Of a stretch of 64,000 nt of DNA, positions 25,624 to 38,400 are shown one piece after another (position 1 is the stretch's first letter; the number at the start of each line of letters is the position of its first letter). Source of the stretch: Octopus bimaculoides (lineage: Eukaryota); NCBI RefSeq assembly GCF_001194135.2, contig NC_068983.1, positions 66,330,249-66,394,248 of the forward strand, written 5' to 3'. A program made the translations under genes and the position numbers. The notes beneath the pieces are model-generated. The model was given only the letters and a program-made list of their open reading frames with translations, made no database searches and was not told where the DNA came from.

Positions 25624-26697
25624 GGATCTATTTTAAAACGGGGGCCACATTTTTCATTAACGAAACACTTTGAAACTTGGAACACTGGTAGAATGTGTCA
25701 TATAAAACATCTTTTTCTCTTAGTCTTCTTAAAAAAAAAAAAAGAAATCCCTAAGTTATTCCATGTTAAAGTTGTCGTATTTCTGTAATTTCAACCAATC
25801 ACTGACGTCCATTCAACCGATATACATTAAGTGCCGACTACATAAACAAACGATTCTGAAACAATTCTATCGGTGATAGGGTTAGGGTTAGGGTAAAACA
25901 GCAAATTTAAAAAGAAAAAAGCAAATAAAACGAAGAAAAAAAAAAGAAAATGAAAAAAGCAAATAAANNNNNNNNNNNNNNNNNNNNNNNNNNNNNNNNN
26001 NNNNNNNNNNNNNNNNNNNNNNNNNNNNNNNNNNNNNNNNNNNNNNNNNNNNNNNNNNNNNNNNNNNNNNNNNNNNNNNNNNNNNNNNNNNNNNNNNNNN
26101 NNNNNNNNNNNNNNNNNNNNNNNNNNNNNNNNNNNNNNNNNNNNNNNNNNNNNNNNNNNNNNNNNNNNNNNNNNNNNNNNNNNNNNNNNNNNNNNNNNNN
26201 NNNNNNNNNNNNNNNNNNNNNNNNNNNNNNNNNNNNNNNNNNNNNNNNNNNNNNNNNNNNNNNNNNNNNNNNNNNNNNNNNNNNNNNNNNNNNNNNNNNN
26301 NNNNNNNNNNNNNNNNNNNNNNNNNNNNNNNNNNNNNNNNNNNNNNNNNNNNNNNNNNNNNNNNNNNNNNNNNNNNNNNNNNNNNNNNNNNNNNNNNNNN
26401 NNNNNNNNNNNNNNNNNNNNNNNNNNNNNNNNNNNNNNNNNNNNNNNNNNNNNNNNNNNNNNNNNNNNNNNNNNNNNNNNNNNNNNNNNNNNNNNNNNNN
26501 NNNNNNNNNNNNNNNNNNNNNNNNNNNNNNNGTGATTGGTTGGAATTACAGAAATACGACAACTTCAACTTATGGATTTCTTTTTTTTTTAAGAAGACTA
26601 AGAGAAAAAGATGTTTTATATGACACATTCTACCAGTGTTCCAAGTTTCAAAGTGTTTCGTTAATGAAAAATGTGGCTCCCGTTTTAAAAAAGATCC
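25624..26697. mobile_element. Merlin-like non-autonomous DNA transposon, copy 1 (gap inside)
   Basis: The termini are GGATC...GATCC, with an exact 8-bp TSD catgtatg at 25616-25623 and 26698-26705. The inverted arms are >=165 bp and there is an internal gggttagggttaggg. GG termini with 8-9 bp TSDs are characteristic of Merlin, but the superfamily call is an inference. Confidence 0.75.
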
Positions 26698-27940
26698 CAT
26701 GTATGAGATGTACCTACAAGTAACAGAACAGGACTTAAGAATCTGACTGATTTTTAAAAAATTTGGTAATCCTTCAGCAAAAGGTCTTTTGGCTTTTAAA
26801 AGGGGAAGTAGACACCTCTGAAAATTGCAAGCCCATTCCAGATGGCCCACTTGCCAACAATCCTTTAGTTTGATCTCTGTTCTCTGTTAGAGGAAGTGCT
26901 GAGTTCATATGGTCAAAAGTGATCTAGTGTATTATGGTTACACTAGTAAAGTGGTAAGTACAGTTGGAAGAAGTTGTCAGTGTAACTGTTGTTGCTGGGT
27001 ATGGAATTGTTAGTCTAGTGTAGTAACTCTTCCAAGAAAATGTCTTGATTGAAGTTTATTGATCTTTTGATACACTTATACTAAATGTGGCTGTGTTTGT
27101 TTGTGTGTGCGATGGGGAGATATTAGGTGTAACATATTGGGACTACACACAATACAGTAAAAGCTCTTTATGTTGACCTAACGCATATCATTGTGTGTGT
27201 ATTAATCGTCATTTATCTGTCAGTGAATGTTTGACTAAGGCAGAGACCTAGTTATTTGGCAGAACTGAAAAGAGTACAATGCATGAAAGAAATAATAAAA
27301 TATATTTTCTGTCACCAGGTACTGGTGTCTTTGAGACTAATTTATATTTTCAGAATATCAGTAATAATTTGAGTGTAATATGAGAAACAGGTGATAATTC
27401 ACTGCCAAGTGATTGATTGAAAAATCAGTCTAAATTCCTATGATGCAGAAATCTGATATTTTAGGTCATTGAAACAATTATGCATTTGGCTCCTTAATTT
27501 TTGACTTTGTTTTCACTCTCACAACACATGTTAATTGGTGTTAATAGGTGTTTGTACATGAAACAGATACAATGTGGATGAAAGAGAAAGGATTTCAACA
27601 AATGATTTTATTTGAAGACTTATGTTGACTATTTTCCAGTGGGTTTATATTGACTTAATTATGTAGTAATTATTACTTTAAAAAATGACATTTTTGTCTA
27701 CATCATCATAATTTTACTGTCCATTTTACCATGCTTGCATGAGTAAGATGGAATTTGTTGAGACAGATTTTCTACAGCTGGATGCCCTTCCTGTTTCCAA
27801 CCTTTACTTGTTTCTAAGGATGGTAATATTTCCTCATGACCAGACATGTTTTCACAAAAGATTGGAAGTAAATGATTATAATTGTATGACACTGACACTC
27901 ATTTACAACTATTACACAATGCTAAGGCATGAAGGTACTC

Positions 27941-27986
<46 letters not shown>

Positions 27987-28039
27987 CCTCTCACACACAC
28001 ACATGTACACATACACACACACATGCACACACATTATAT

Positions 28040-28155
28040 GACAGGCTTCTTGCACTTTCCATCTACCAGATCCACTCACATGGCTTTGGTCAGCCAAGGG
28101 TTATAGTAGAAGATACTTGCCCAAGGTACCATGCTGTGGAACTGAACCTGAAATC
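28040..28155 (-). mobile_element. CORE-type SINE fragment
   Basis: ccatctaccagatccactcacatggctttggtcagccaagggttatagtagaagatacttgcccaagg. Similar pieces lie at 29930-30115, 39415-39632, 40580-40732, 51370-51453 and 53064-53255. Confidence 0.8.
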
Positions 28156-29119
28156 ATTTATTATAAAATATATAAAAAAATATACTGACCTCTCAACCAA
28201 AATACTGACAGATAAATAGAAGAGTTTTAGAAGTTCAATTATTGTGAGGGTTAAAGAGCAGATCTCAGCTCCTATCCCTTTGTCTGAGAATAAGGAAGAA
28301 AGTGTTTTTATTCTGATGCAAATGCCTTATGAATTCAATCCATTAGGCTTTTAAAAAAGTATTATAGAAGATATAGTACGCTGTTTAATCTAAAGGAGAT
28401 GACAGGTGAGCTCTGTACAAATAAGCATCCTGTCAGCATTATGATGTGATGAAATCATTATGTGAGGATGGAAGTATCAGTAATATACTGAGGTTGATTT
28501 AACTGATTGTATAGATTTGTGGTTTTGTGTTGATGCAAAAGTTATGATTTAAAATATACTAAAAAAAAACAGACGTCCAAGAATTCTTCAAGTTATAGAA
28601 TAAAGGTATACCAATGTTAAGCCAAATGTTTTATAAAGGAAAATTTCCTTCATATTTTACTACCTACCAATGTAATATCAATTCATTTATAACATTTTGT
28701 TTACCTAATAATGTAAAAAAAAAAAAATTACTGAAATTGTTATTTATCAAGCAATTTCTTAAATGTATTTTTTTTAGAGAGATTTTGAAATATTAAATGA
28801 TGCTTTGATTGAAAAAGGTTATTGTAAATTAATTACCTTGTTTAATAACAGAACAAAATATCTTCATCAATATTTCAAATAGGAAACTTATAGATCAATA
28901 AAAAAGACAACACCAATGCAATTTTCTGTACTAGTAACAAGATTAGTTGTATGAATCAGACAGAAAATGTTGTGTATAGAAAACCTGTAGCGACTGAAAA
29001 CTTTAAAAATGCACGAGAGTGATTAGATGGAAATAAATTGAGAAAGCAGTATTCTTTACTTAGTCAATAAAGCAGTACAAAGGTTAGATAGCTTCTCCAA
29101 ACTACTACTGACTCTCTAT

Positions 29120-29310
29120 AAACAACAATTACACTTTCCAATGAACACACTTAACTCAATTGCTTTTTCTTTTCTCCTGTCTCCTTTTCTATGCTTCTCT
29201 CGCAATATTCCATTTGAAAAGCAATTTTCTCCATTCCTTCTTTACCACAACTTCATCCTCCATAATTCTCTACTGGTCTATGCTTTTCTTTCAAACTGTG
29301 ACCTTCTATA
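29120..29310 (-). pseudogene. Degenerate RTE LINE fragment
   Basis: The minus strand gives ..LWRMKLW*RRNGE / DEVVVKKEWRKLLFKWNIAREA*KRRQEKRKAIE, resembling the RTE WW..EV..K coiled region between the APE and RT domains. Confidence 0.35.
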
Positions 29311-29311
29311 G

Positions 29312-29448
29312 CAGGCATGGGCATCCTTTTTCAAGAAGCGGGCCACATGAGACATGATTCATCACAAGGAGGGCTGCACTACTAAAAAGTTTCAAATAAT
29401 TTTTTGTGCCATTTGTAAGTCCCATAGACTGCTGTTTGCCCATAATTG
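29312..29448. mobile_element. Short hAT-type MITE
   Basis: The TIRs are caggcatgggca and tgcccataattg. An exact 8-bp TSD, ttctatag, lies at 29304-29311 and 29449-29456. Confidence 0.8.
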
Positions 29449-30289
29449 TTCTATAGTTTCAACTGACCAATGAGTAATTTAAATTTATCTGGTTGTACCT
29501 TTACTGCAGACGAAGTCTAGTCTCATTTCTCTCTCAATAAATGTAAGAGTATTTTATGCAATCATTTACATCCATTATATAAAGACATACTAAAGTGGTG
29601 AACTGTCAAAATAATTAAATGATCAGATAAATGCCCTGCAATATTGGTTCCAGTTCTTTACATTTTGAATTTAAATCCTGATGAAGTCAGCATTGCCTTT
29701 CATTCCAGTGGGGTCAGTAAAATAAAGTAGTGGTTAAGTTTTTGAGTATATAGCATTGACCAACACCCTACCTTCAAAAATACTGGCCTTGTTGCTAAAT
29801 TAGAAACTATTACATATTTATACTTAGCCCTAAAATTGATATCAATTTAGTACATATTTTTTTATCAACCACTGATTGTTGAACTGCTGTGTTATAAGAT
29901 ATGAAAGGTCATGGCATAAACAACACATTTTTCATGGCATAAACAAAGACACAGACATATGTGTATACAAGAGATTTCCACACAGTTTCTGTTTACTGGA
30001 TTTCTCTAAGTTATTTTCATCACAAGGCTTTAGTAGAAGTTGCCTAAGATGCAGTGCGACTGAATCTCAAATATTGTGATGGTGAAGCAAACATCTTAAA
30101 TATGTAGCATTGCCTGCACTTATTTCTGGGCTGCAGCTATCAACATTAGTCAATAAACGGTAGATCTGGAGAGATTTAAGATGTGCTAGATTAGAAGTAA
30201 GTACATGTGTGCTGTAGAAACATGATGAAGAAAGCCTCAGCCAGAATTTTCATAGGAAAAGAAATCAAAAGCAGATTATTCTGGATAGG

Positions 30290-30850
30290 CTAAAGTTGTG
30301 GAGAAAGTTTATTGTTGGTAGAGAAATGGATTGATAAAGTAACTACATCACTGAATAACTAAGGTATGGGATGCTCTGGATAGCAAAGCAATGTCTCGAT
30401 ATGATTCAGGATGTCATTAGTAATGAGGGTTTATATAAAGATAGTGTTACATTAACTATCACTGCTTTTGAGTGCCAATAGTATTGAGATGCTATTATGA
30501 GAGCTTACTGAATGAGGTGAATAGTTGGGAGAGAGAAAGAGATTACTCTAAGTCAGAGGGACCAACTGCTGCAATTGACAGTTATACAATTGAAATGGAA
30601 ATAAAGGATATGAAGCCAGGAAAGGCTGCTTACAAGACCATCAGAGATAGTTGATGAGAAGTTGAAAATATCTGGTGAAGACACGAAATAGTCACTTGCA
30701 TAATTAATAAGTTAACATGAGAAGAGGGGATCTTAATGATAACAGTTTAATCAACCGCTACAAAGTTAAAGATATGCTCTAGAGTGAAATCACTGGAGAA
30801 GGCATCAAAGTGATGGATCAAGTCACGGAAATTATAGGAAGAAAATAAGT
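30290..30850 (+). pseudogene. RTE LINE fragments (APE end to RT start)
   Basis: Reads EKWIDKV...; RCYYESLLNEVNSWERERDYSKSEGPTAAIDSYTIEMEIKDMKPGKAA...LKISGE. This is the typical RTE KxGKAxGxD region before the RT domain. Confidence 0.75.
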
Positions 30851-30928
30851 TTAGATGAGATACAGTTTAGTTTTGTGTCTGGCTGGGACACTTCTTATGC
30901 TGTCTTTCTCATGAGACATTTACAAGAG

Positions 30929-33068
30929 AAAGTAGTTGTATACTATCAACTTAATGTGACAGTCCCAATAAGGGTATCATACTACTGCTATTTAGCCCTA
31001 GGAAGCTGGACCGCTTCCTGTCTGCCTTGACACATTTCCTGTGTCCTCATGTTTACGAGGGGGAGACAAACACCTCCACCCAGCCTAGCCTGCATTCAGG
31101 GATATGTTTCTGAGTTTTTGCTTGTCATGAGCCTGAAGTAACATGACTAATTCTCTTTATTATAGGCATGTAGCCTGAGACAAAGAATGGACATTACAAG
31201 AACAGACAATACAAAACGTGAGGTACATATAAAGAATGATGAATTTGAAATGGTATATTTACAATGAAAAAGTGGAATGGCTTACGAGCCCCACCAAAGC
31301 TCGCAGTTTCATTTTACAGTTCTTTAAAACAGTTTATAATCAGTTTTCATTTGTGACGTGTTCTATCAAATCCTCTATTTCAATTACCTTGGGCAAATTC
31401 TTGTAACGAACATAAATCTTGCTTGCTTTGATCCACTCTTTGAACAACTCAAGTAGCCTTTCCACTCTCTCTGCTTCCACCAAAGCTGCTCTGTGACTTG
31501 AGTCGACCATGTCCGTTTCTAACTTCATTCTTATCAAGCCTTTTGTTTTCGTTAATCTTTTTTCTATTTCCATATCTTTATTATAAAATATCAAAGTTCT
31601 TAAATTCTTTCCCGATGGTTGTCCTGTTTGCTTTACCTCAACTACTCTATTTTCTACTCTTCTCATCCATTCTCCAACTTTCGCTCTTTTAGCTTTATCT
31701 TCCTCTCTCCTTGCTGCTGACTCCAGTTCCTGCATTCGAATCTCTGTACTTTCTTCTGTTGTCTATTTTTCTTCTTTACCCGCTTTTCTCTTTTGGGGGC
31801 TTTTTGGTAGTGACTCCACCCTTGTTATTTTTCTATCTACCATTACTTCTTCCCTTCTCTCTTCCTCTTTTTCTTCCTCTCTCGCTGCGTCATTGCCTGT
31901 CTCCATCTCCTCGACCTGTAATTCTCCTAGGGGACACTTTGTTTGCATATGTCCCCTGCTTTTACATTTGTATCACACTGGTGGTCTCCCCTCCACCTCT
32001 CAGTCATGTTCCGTCGGGGAGCTCCAATTCTTCTGCTATGTTGTGCAGATCTGGCAGGGTTATATATATAAGTGCTTTTACATTAAAACCCCACCAGTTA
32101 ATTTCTCGTGATTTTTCTACCTTTATCACTTCTACGGCATCTTTGCAGTTATAAATAATGGCTGTAACCAGCTATTCCGGGTCTATTTCAGGAGGTGCTC
32201 GCCCAATTCTCACACGTGTGGCTCTTCTTCCACAATAGGTTGGTAAAAGAGCCCACCTAGCCGTTCTTAAGGGTACAGTGGAGTGCTTTTTCACCTCTTC
32301 CTCACTCGTAAAGCGTACCTCCACCGTACTGTACTTTCTACCACTGGCGTAAAATGTTGTTACCGACTTAACTTCGTTTAGGCACTGCTCTAATTCTTCC
32401 ATCTCTGCTATTTCTATTTTCTTTGTTTCGACATTAAGTGTTCTATATATTATTATTTTCTTCTTCGCTCGCTCAAAAGCTTCTTTCGGAGGTGTTATTT
32501 TTAGAACATCTCCTTCCTTCTTGAATAAATTCTTATATTTTTCTAATTTTGTCTTTTCCACGTGTATTTCTGTCATTTGCATTCCATTGTCAGTCAAGCC
32601 TCTTCTGCTTGCTGCCACCTCCGTGTAAGTTCCTTCTTCCATACCCGACAAGGGCAGGAAAATAATTTCCAACAATAAATATTAACAATAATATTTTAAC
32701 GACAATTCTTTAAACAATTTCAACAAAACGCAAATCAAACAAACTCACCGTGTTGAACGCTTTCTTCTAACCAAAATCATAACACAACTCAAAAAAAACA
32801 TTACTATTCAACTCGGCTGAAATAGCATGACTAGCTGGCTGGAGATGCCTGTCAAGCTCTCGTAAACATATATATTTCCAGTGAAACACATTCACTGATT
32901 ACAAAAATTAGAAATGATCTATTTCTAAATCTCACAGAGAGACTTAAGCAGCAGTGATATGATAAAGTAGTTGTATACTGTCAACTTAATGTGACAGTCC
33001 CAATAAGGGAATCATACTACTGCTATTTAGCCCTAGGAAGCTGGACCGCTTCCTGTCGGCCTTGACAC
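30929..33068 (-). mobile_element. Gag/ORF1-only retroelement-like unit bounded by 105-bp direct repeats and ~45-bp inverted repeats
   Basis: The direct repeats 30929-31033 and 32964-33068 differ at 3 positions. The inverted repeats are 31049-31095 (atgtttacgag...) and 32825-32869 (...ctcgtaaacat). One disrupted ORF lies between them and no RT, EN or IN was seen. Confidence 0.75.
31340..32642 (-). pseudogene. ~430-aa gag/ORF1-like protein (RRM-like region + CCHC zinc knuckle + charged C-terminus), disrupted
   Basis: MEEGTYTEVAASRR...STVEVRFTSEEEVKKH...RATRVRIGRAPPEIDPE*LVTAIIY...NWWGFNVKALIY...LELPDGT*LR/VEGRPPV*YKCKSRGHMQTKCP... gives CX2CX4HX4C with the first Cys mutated to TGA. The layout resembles L1/Tx1-clade ORF1. 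There are three premature stops and one frameshift near 31995. Confidence 0.75.
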
Positions 33069-35124
33069 CAGAGAAGTTCTTAGAAAAGAGCAACCCACAG
33101 TACTTCGCATTCATTGGCCAGGAGAATACATTTAATAGAATACCACACTCTGTAGTCTAGTGATTGCTGATAAATTTATATGTATATAAATGGCTTGTGA
33201 GAGTCATGCAAACCATGAATACAGATGCTCTTTGTTAGCAACAAGTTCAGCAAGGAATTTTTAACATGCAGGTAAATGTCTGTAAATGTCTATCAGAACT
33301 CGGTTATCATTCTCCAATGAAGTTTCTCCAAGCTATAACAGAAGATTAACTGTTTTTGGTACCAACATACTTGATTCTGCCTTTGTTTCTATAATACAAA
33401 CTTTCTGTGATAAAGTGATCTCCATTAAAATCTTCCCTCCAAATTTTATGTCAATGTATATTCTAAACACCAGTTTAATAATGACAAAGTTTATTTATGA
33501 AATTCTTCATTATTTTAAAAATTAATTACTGGAAGGCAGTATATTTCAAAAGAAATATGTCAATAAAAGTGTTACATAATAAACAACACCTTCAGATATA
33601 GATGATCAACACCTTTTCATAATTTAGAAAACAACTCATCGGCAAACATGTCCAACAATGCCTCCTGTTCCTACCTCTTCACTTCCTCCCCTTTTTTTTT
33701 AATATCTAATTTTATATACTGAAATTCTGCTGCTTCTTCAGACTAAACTTTACTTATCTTATAAAGCCTATCTATAACTTGGGTCTGAAAGATCTTTGAA
33801 CCTGCAATGCAAATATCATCAACATGAGTTGCAATGATACTAAGTAGTTTGTTTCCAAAATACTATGTAAATTGCCTCATCATATTATGAGGCTACTGCT
33901 CCTAACTTTGCTCATTTTTACTTGATAGATACCAAAATTTTCAAGCATCAGTCAAACCATGTACACATTTTAAAAGTTTCTATAATTAACCTGGAGGTGC
34001 AGTGGCCTCTTGAGGAGGATCTAAGTAAACTAATCTTCCTAATCACTTGTACTGTGAAAATGCAGTCTTCATACCCATTGATTTACATATGCAGCTGTAA
34101 GGTACCATAATTCCTAATATACACCCATGTGCAAATGTGGGATGTTATAATTCCCAAGACTACATATAGACACATTTTGTACATGTAGGTGAGTCATTTC
34201 TGATATCATTAGCATCTCTATCTTGAAAGCCTCTGCCATGAATCTCACTTTACAAATTTGTTATCATTCAATACTCTATTTGCAGTAAATTCATCTTGTG
34301 GATATCTTTGGTTGACCTGCATATAAATTTGATTTTCAAAATTCTAAGTTACTTTCACTTTACCTTGGCCAAGTGAAGAGAGAAGGAGGAGGGGAAGGCA
34401 GAGGATAGAAAGGTGGTGGTGGTGGTTTTAGTGGTGGTGGAGGAGGAGGAGGAGGAGGTTAGCAGATAGGAGGGATGATGATTCTTCTAAGGATAAGGTT
34501 CTGCCTTTGTGGAAGCAATTGTAGCTTCATCATTAGATGGGATCACCCTGAGGGGGAATTGTTTTTAAGATCATAGAACTGTGCATTTCTGAGGCTAGAT
34601 GTGTGAGTGTAATTCCTCAGTTGTTCTGAGGCTGGTGAAGATCACTTCCAGCACACAGAGACATCCAAACATGTCTCTGTGTACTGTAGGTGATAATGTG
34701 TTTTTCTATGTGTATGTATGGGCTTGTGTATGTGTGTGTGTGTATCTTATCTATAAAAGGCAGATTTTCTCTGTGAGTGTGTGTATGTTTAAAATTCATA
34801 CATTTACACAATTCCAAATTTCTTGAATGAAAGAATCGCAATTAATATTCTAAATACCATAACTTAGGTCACAGCGTCATTTTTTCAGTCAAAATAACTC
34901 CCAATTATGAATAAAATCCATAAAACTACAAGGAGCCACACCACTGGAGACTACAGTGAAATCTGACAGGAAACTTCTGATGAGAAAAGATGTAACTGTT
35001 GGTGAGTAACTTTGGTGGGAAGTTCATTTGTCAGACATGCTTGAATTCTTTGAGGGTGTCAGGAGTAATAACACTACTTCCAGTGAAGTTTTCACTGGTT
35101 ACACATTTGGGAGTCAGTCTCTGA

Positions 35125-35428
35125 TATCATCATCATCATCATCATCGTTTAACGTCCGCTTTCCATGCTAGCATGGGTTGGACGATTTGACTGAGGACTG
35201 GTGAAACCGGATGGCAACACCAGGCTCCAGTCTGATTTGGCAGAGTTTCTACAGCTGGATGCCCTTCCTAACGCCAACCACTCAGAGAGTGTAGTGGGTG
35301 CTTTTACGTGTCACCCGCACGAAAACGGCCACGCTCGAAATGGTATCTTTTTATGTGCCACCCGCACAAGCCAGTCCAGGGGCACTGGCAACGATCTCGC
35401 TCGAAAATCCTACAGGAGCCAGTCAGGC

Positions 35429-35430
<2 letters not shown>
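35125..35430 (-). mobile_element. Young SINE/LINE-tail element (RTE-type 3' end with (GAT)n tail)
   Basis: catcatcgtttaacgtccgctttccatgctagcatgggttggacg...cagctggatgcccttcctaacgccaacc. Decayed copies lie at 8720-8793, 27700-27830, 45170-45385, 54020-54295 and 55095-55160. Confidence 0.85.
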
Positions 35431-35478
<48 letters not shown>

Positions 35479-38400
35479 ATATCAGCAAGCCCAACCATAC
35501 TCTTATTCTTTTTATCCTCTAATATTACCAGGAATAGTTATTTGTATTAAAAGTTATCCCAGATTTCAAGGGGCTAAATAATTGCGACACACCACTTCAT
35601 TTTGGTCTGAGGTTTGTCTGTTACAAGTTTTACTCATGAGAAGATACTCAATCAGGCATAGTAAAAATAACAAACTACAAAGTAATTATGTGATGTCAAT
35701 ACTACTTATAGTGATAAACAGTATACCACTGAGACACTTACAACTGTACACCACAATAGTGAAGATTATATGTTTGCTAAATGTACAATTCAGCTTCAGT
35801 GTTGAGACATATAATGCTCAATTTTTAGCCATTAGATTAACACTGCTGATGCAAACAGTTGTAATGCTGATCAATAGGTACATCTTATAAGAAAAGTTTT
35901 ACTAGGGGAAGAAATAACCTACTTAAAATAGTAAATATAATGATGAATCCCACAATAGATTGTGTTGTAGAGTTGCAATTGAAGATCCCTGCACACGACC
36001 ACCAGGGGCAGAGATGGCTATCCACAAGTGTCAGCTCTGTGAGTCAGAGTGGCTGTTCCAGCACATCTCCTTCGCCATCTTTCAGGGCAAGACCTTCTCC
36101 ATTTTGTCTGTGTGACCATGATATAGTTTGACAAGCCTTTTAAAATTTTTCTCTCCTCTGAGGTTATGTATGTATTCACCAATTTAATTCTTTGCACATT
36201 TACTCATGTTTAGACAGTTGAAGATATTATTGTCATGGCTAAAATGATGTTTGATCTTACATCAACCTGTTCGATCAGGATCAACCTGGGATTAAACAGA
36301 CAAGTTTTGGTCGCCAAGTTCCAGAGTGTTTGAAATCACTGCCATGCAAAGCACATTCTCATTTTTCAGCATTTAACAATTGTTTTAACAACTTCTTATG
36401 CAAGCAAACTGAAGATGATATATTTTATACTTCCTTCACCTGAGGAATTCAGCTCAATATTGCAGTATTGTTTGTAAAATCATCATCAGCTTTAGAGTGC
36501 TTTCACTGTTATTAATAGCAAGCTATACCATAGTGATGTGCTTTTTATACATAAAGGGACGAGCTACTGAGTGCTGTCTTTAAATATGAAGACCATTATC
36601 ATAATATGGATTATTAACCTTTTTGCTGGCTGTCTACCACCAAGTATAGATTTTTAAATGAGTAGATTATCATGCGCATGTTTAATAGATGCAAATAAAT
36701 TTTAATATTAAATGTTGTCTATAAATTGATGGTAATGTTATATGCATGTATACACTATGAAAACTTCTCAGACTCAAGGATAGTTCTAATTGTTCCATAT
36801 TTCAGTTGCAACTCCCTGATAGGTGAATTACATGAAATCGTATAAAAAAAACTATGATTAAATAGTATTTCCTTCCCAATACTACATTTAACCTTCTTCC
36901 CCAGACCATAATCTAATTTTCTATTACTATACTGACAGACTTACACTAATCATTATTTTTGCCTAGCTTTTCATTGTTTTTTTTTCTTTCTTTTCCCTCC
37001 TGTTTCCAATTTTGATAACAAAATACTGAACCATTGAAATTTCCCATGATATTTCTTTAAATCATGACAAATTTGTAGAAATTTTTTTAACCATTTATTT
37101 GATGTATCTTGTAGTTTTAAATCTTGACATATTACATTAACTCAAAATACAGATTGCTGAATAAAATTGTTCCAGTTTTTACATCTTTGTTATTGACAAT
37201 TTCTGACATTTTTTTCTGCTGTAAAACTAAGTTATTTGTTAACAATCAAAAATCATTTTTTTTTTCAGTCTATTCCAATGGCTTTCAAGTCTTAAAAACC
37301 ATATCCTCAATGTTGTTAGAATGACATTTCTATCAATGCAGAATAAATAGATGAGAAACTTCAATAAATAATAATCATAATAATAATAATAATAATAATA
37401 ATATAATGATGTTGATGATGTTGATGATGATTTCTTGCGTGATGATTATGAGGTTAAATCATGCTAACAATGACAAAAGGAATTTCATGCATTGATGCAA
37501 GGCTTTACATTTATAGTGGAGAAATACAATCAGTGAAATTGACTTCCAGTACTCGAGTAATAATTATTTTAGTAATACCAGAAAGATTAAAGGAAAAGTC
37601 CCACACACCCTCCTTTCCCCACCACCACCAAGCAGGATTTGAAATCAGAACATAGAAGAATGTAAGCAAGTATTTATTTTCCAGAAATCCTGCTATTCAC
37701 CACTTTACACAAATAATATTACTGATCTGTTGTTTATTGAACATGTGTTATACAATAGAGTTAAAAAACATGTGGGAATGTACATACACATATCAAATGA
37801 TAGTGGTGAGGCTACAAAATATAATGCAATATCTTGAAAGAGTCTACAAATTTAACAAACATAACTAAACAACTTACCCATTAAGAGGTGGAAACCTTCC
37901 ACTGAGACACCTAGATAGATTCAGGATTATCTTAAGATTCTAACCATCTTCAACTCTAATCACCTTCTATAAACTGAATTCTTTGAAATTGCCTATCAAC
38001 AACTTCAGCCTTAGTCAAGACATGCACAGTTCATCTTTTTTGGGGTAGTCCTCTCTTGCCTGTTTACATCATGTATTTGTGCATGTTTGAGTATATGTAC
38101 ATACATATGTGTATATAGTCATTTACATGTAGGTGCATAGGTATATTTTGTTTGCGTGTGTATCTGTATATGAAAGACAAATTCTTTATATCTAGGTATA
38201 TGTGTTTGTTTAGATACTTGTTTGTATATCTATATAAATGTCCTTGTATATAGATATATGTGCAAGTACTGCTCTGTGTGCTTGTATGTATAAGCTTACA
38301 TACACAGGCACACAGCGAGTTTGAGAAAGCACATGGTCATGAGAGATAAAACCTTGTCTGAACATGAAAGATTCTACTGAGGTTTTCTATTGTTTTGGTT

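Noticed and set aside
25630-25645. gggggccaca matching the start of the CPEB3 HDV-like ribozyme
   Set aside because: It is part of the MITE terminal inverted repeat, and no downstream HDV-like fold is present.
30961-31020. Resemblance of the direct repeat to pistol or twister ribozymes (taaggg...ttagccctagg; ttaa...gtccca)
   Set aside because: The required P1 helix and 6-bp pseudoknot (pistol) and the GGUCCCAAGCCC core (twister) cannot be built.
34363-34700. Purine-rich GGA/GGT stretch resembling a proline-rich exon on the minus strand
   Set aside because: The poly-Pro frame has a TAA immediately upstream and the other frames also close. It is best explained as simple repeat.
35960-36130. 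GC-richer island with an open frame VAIEDPCTRPPGAEMAIHKCQLC
   Set aside because: There is no donor site or recognisable homology. It may be a decayed LINE fragment.
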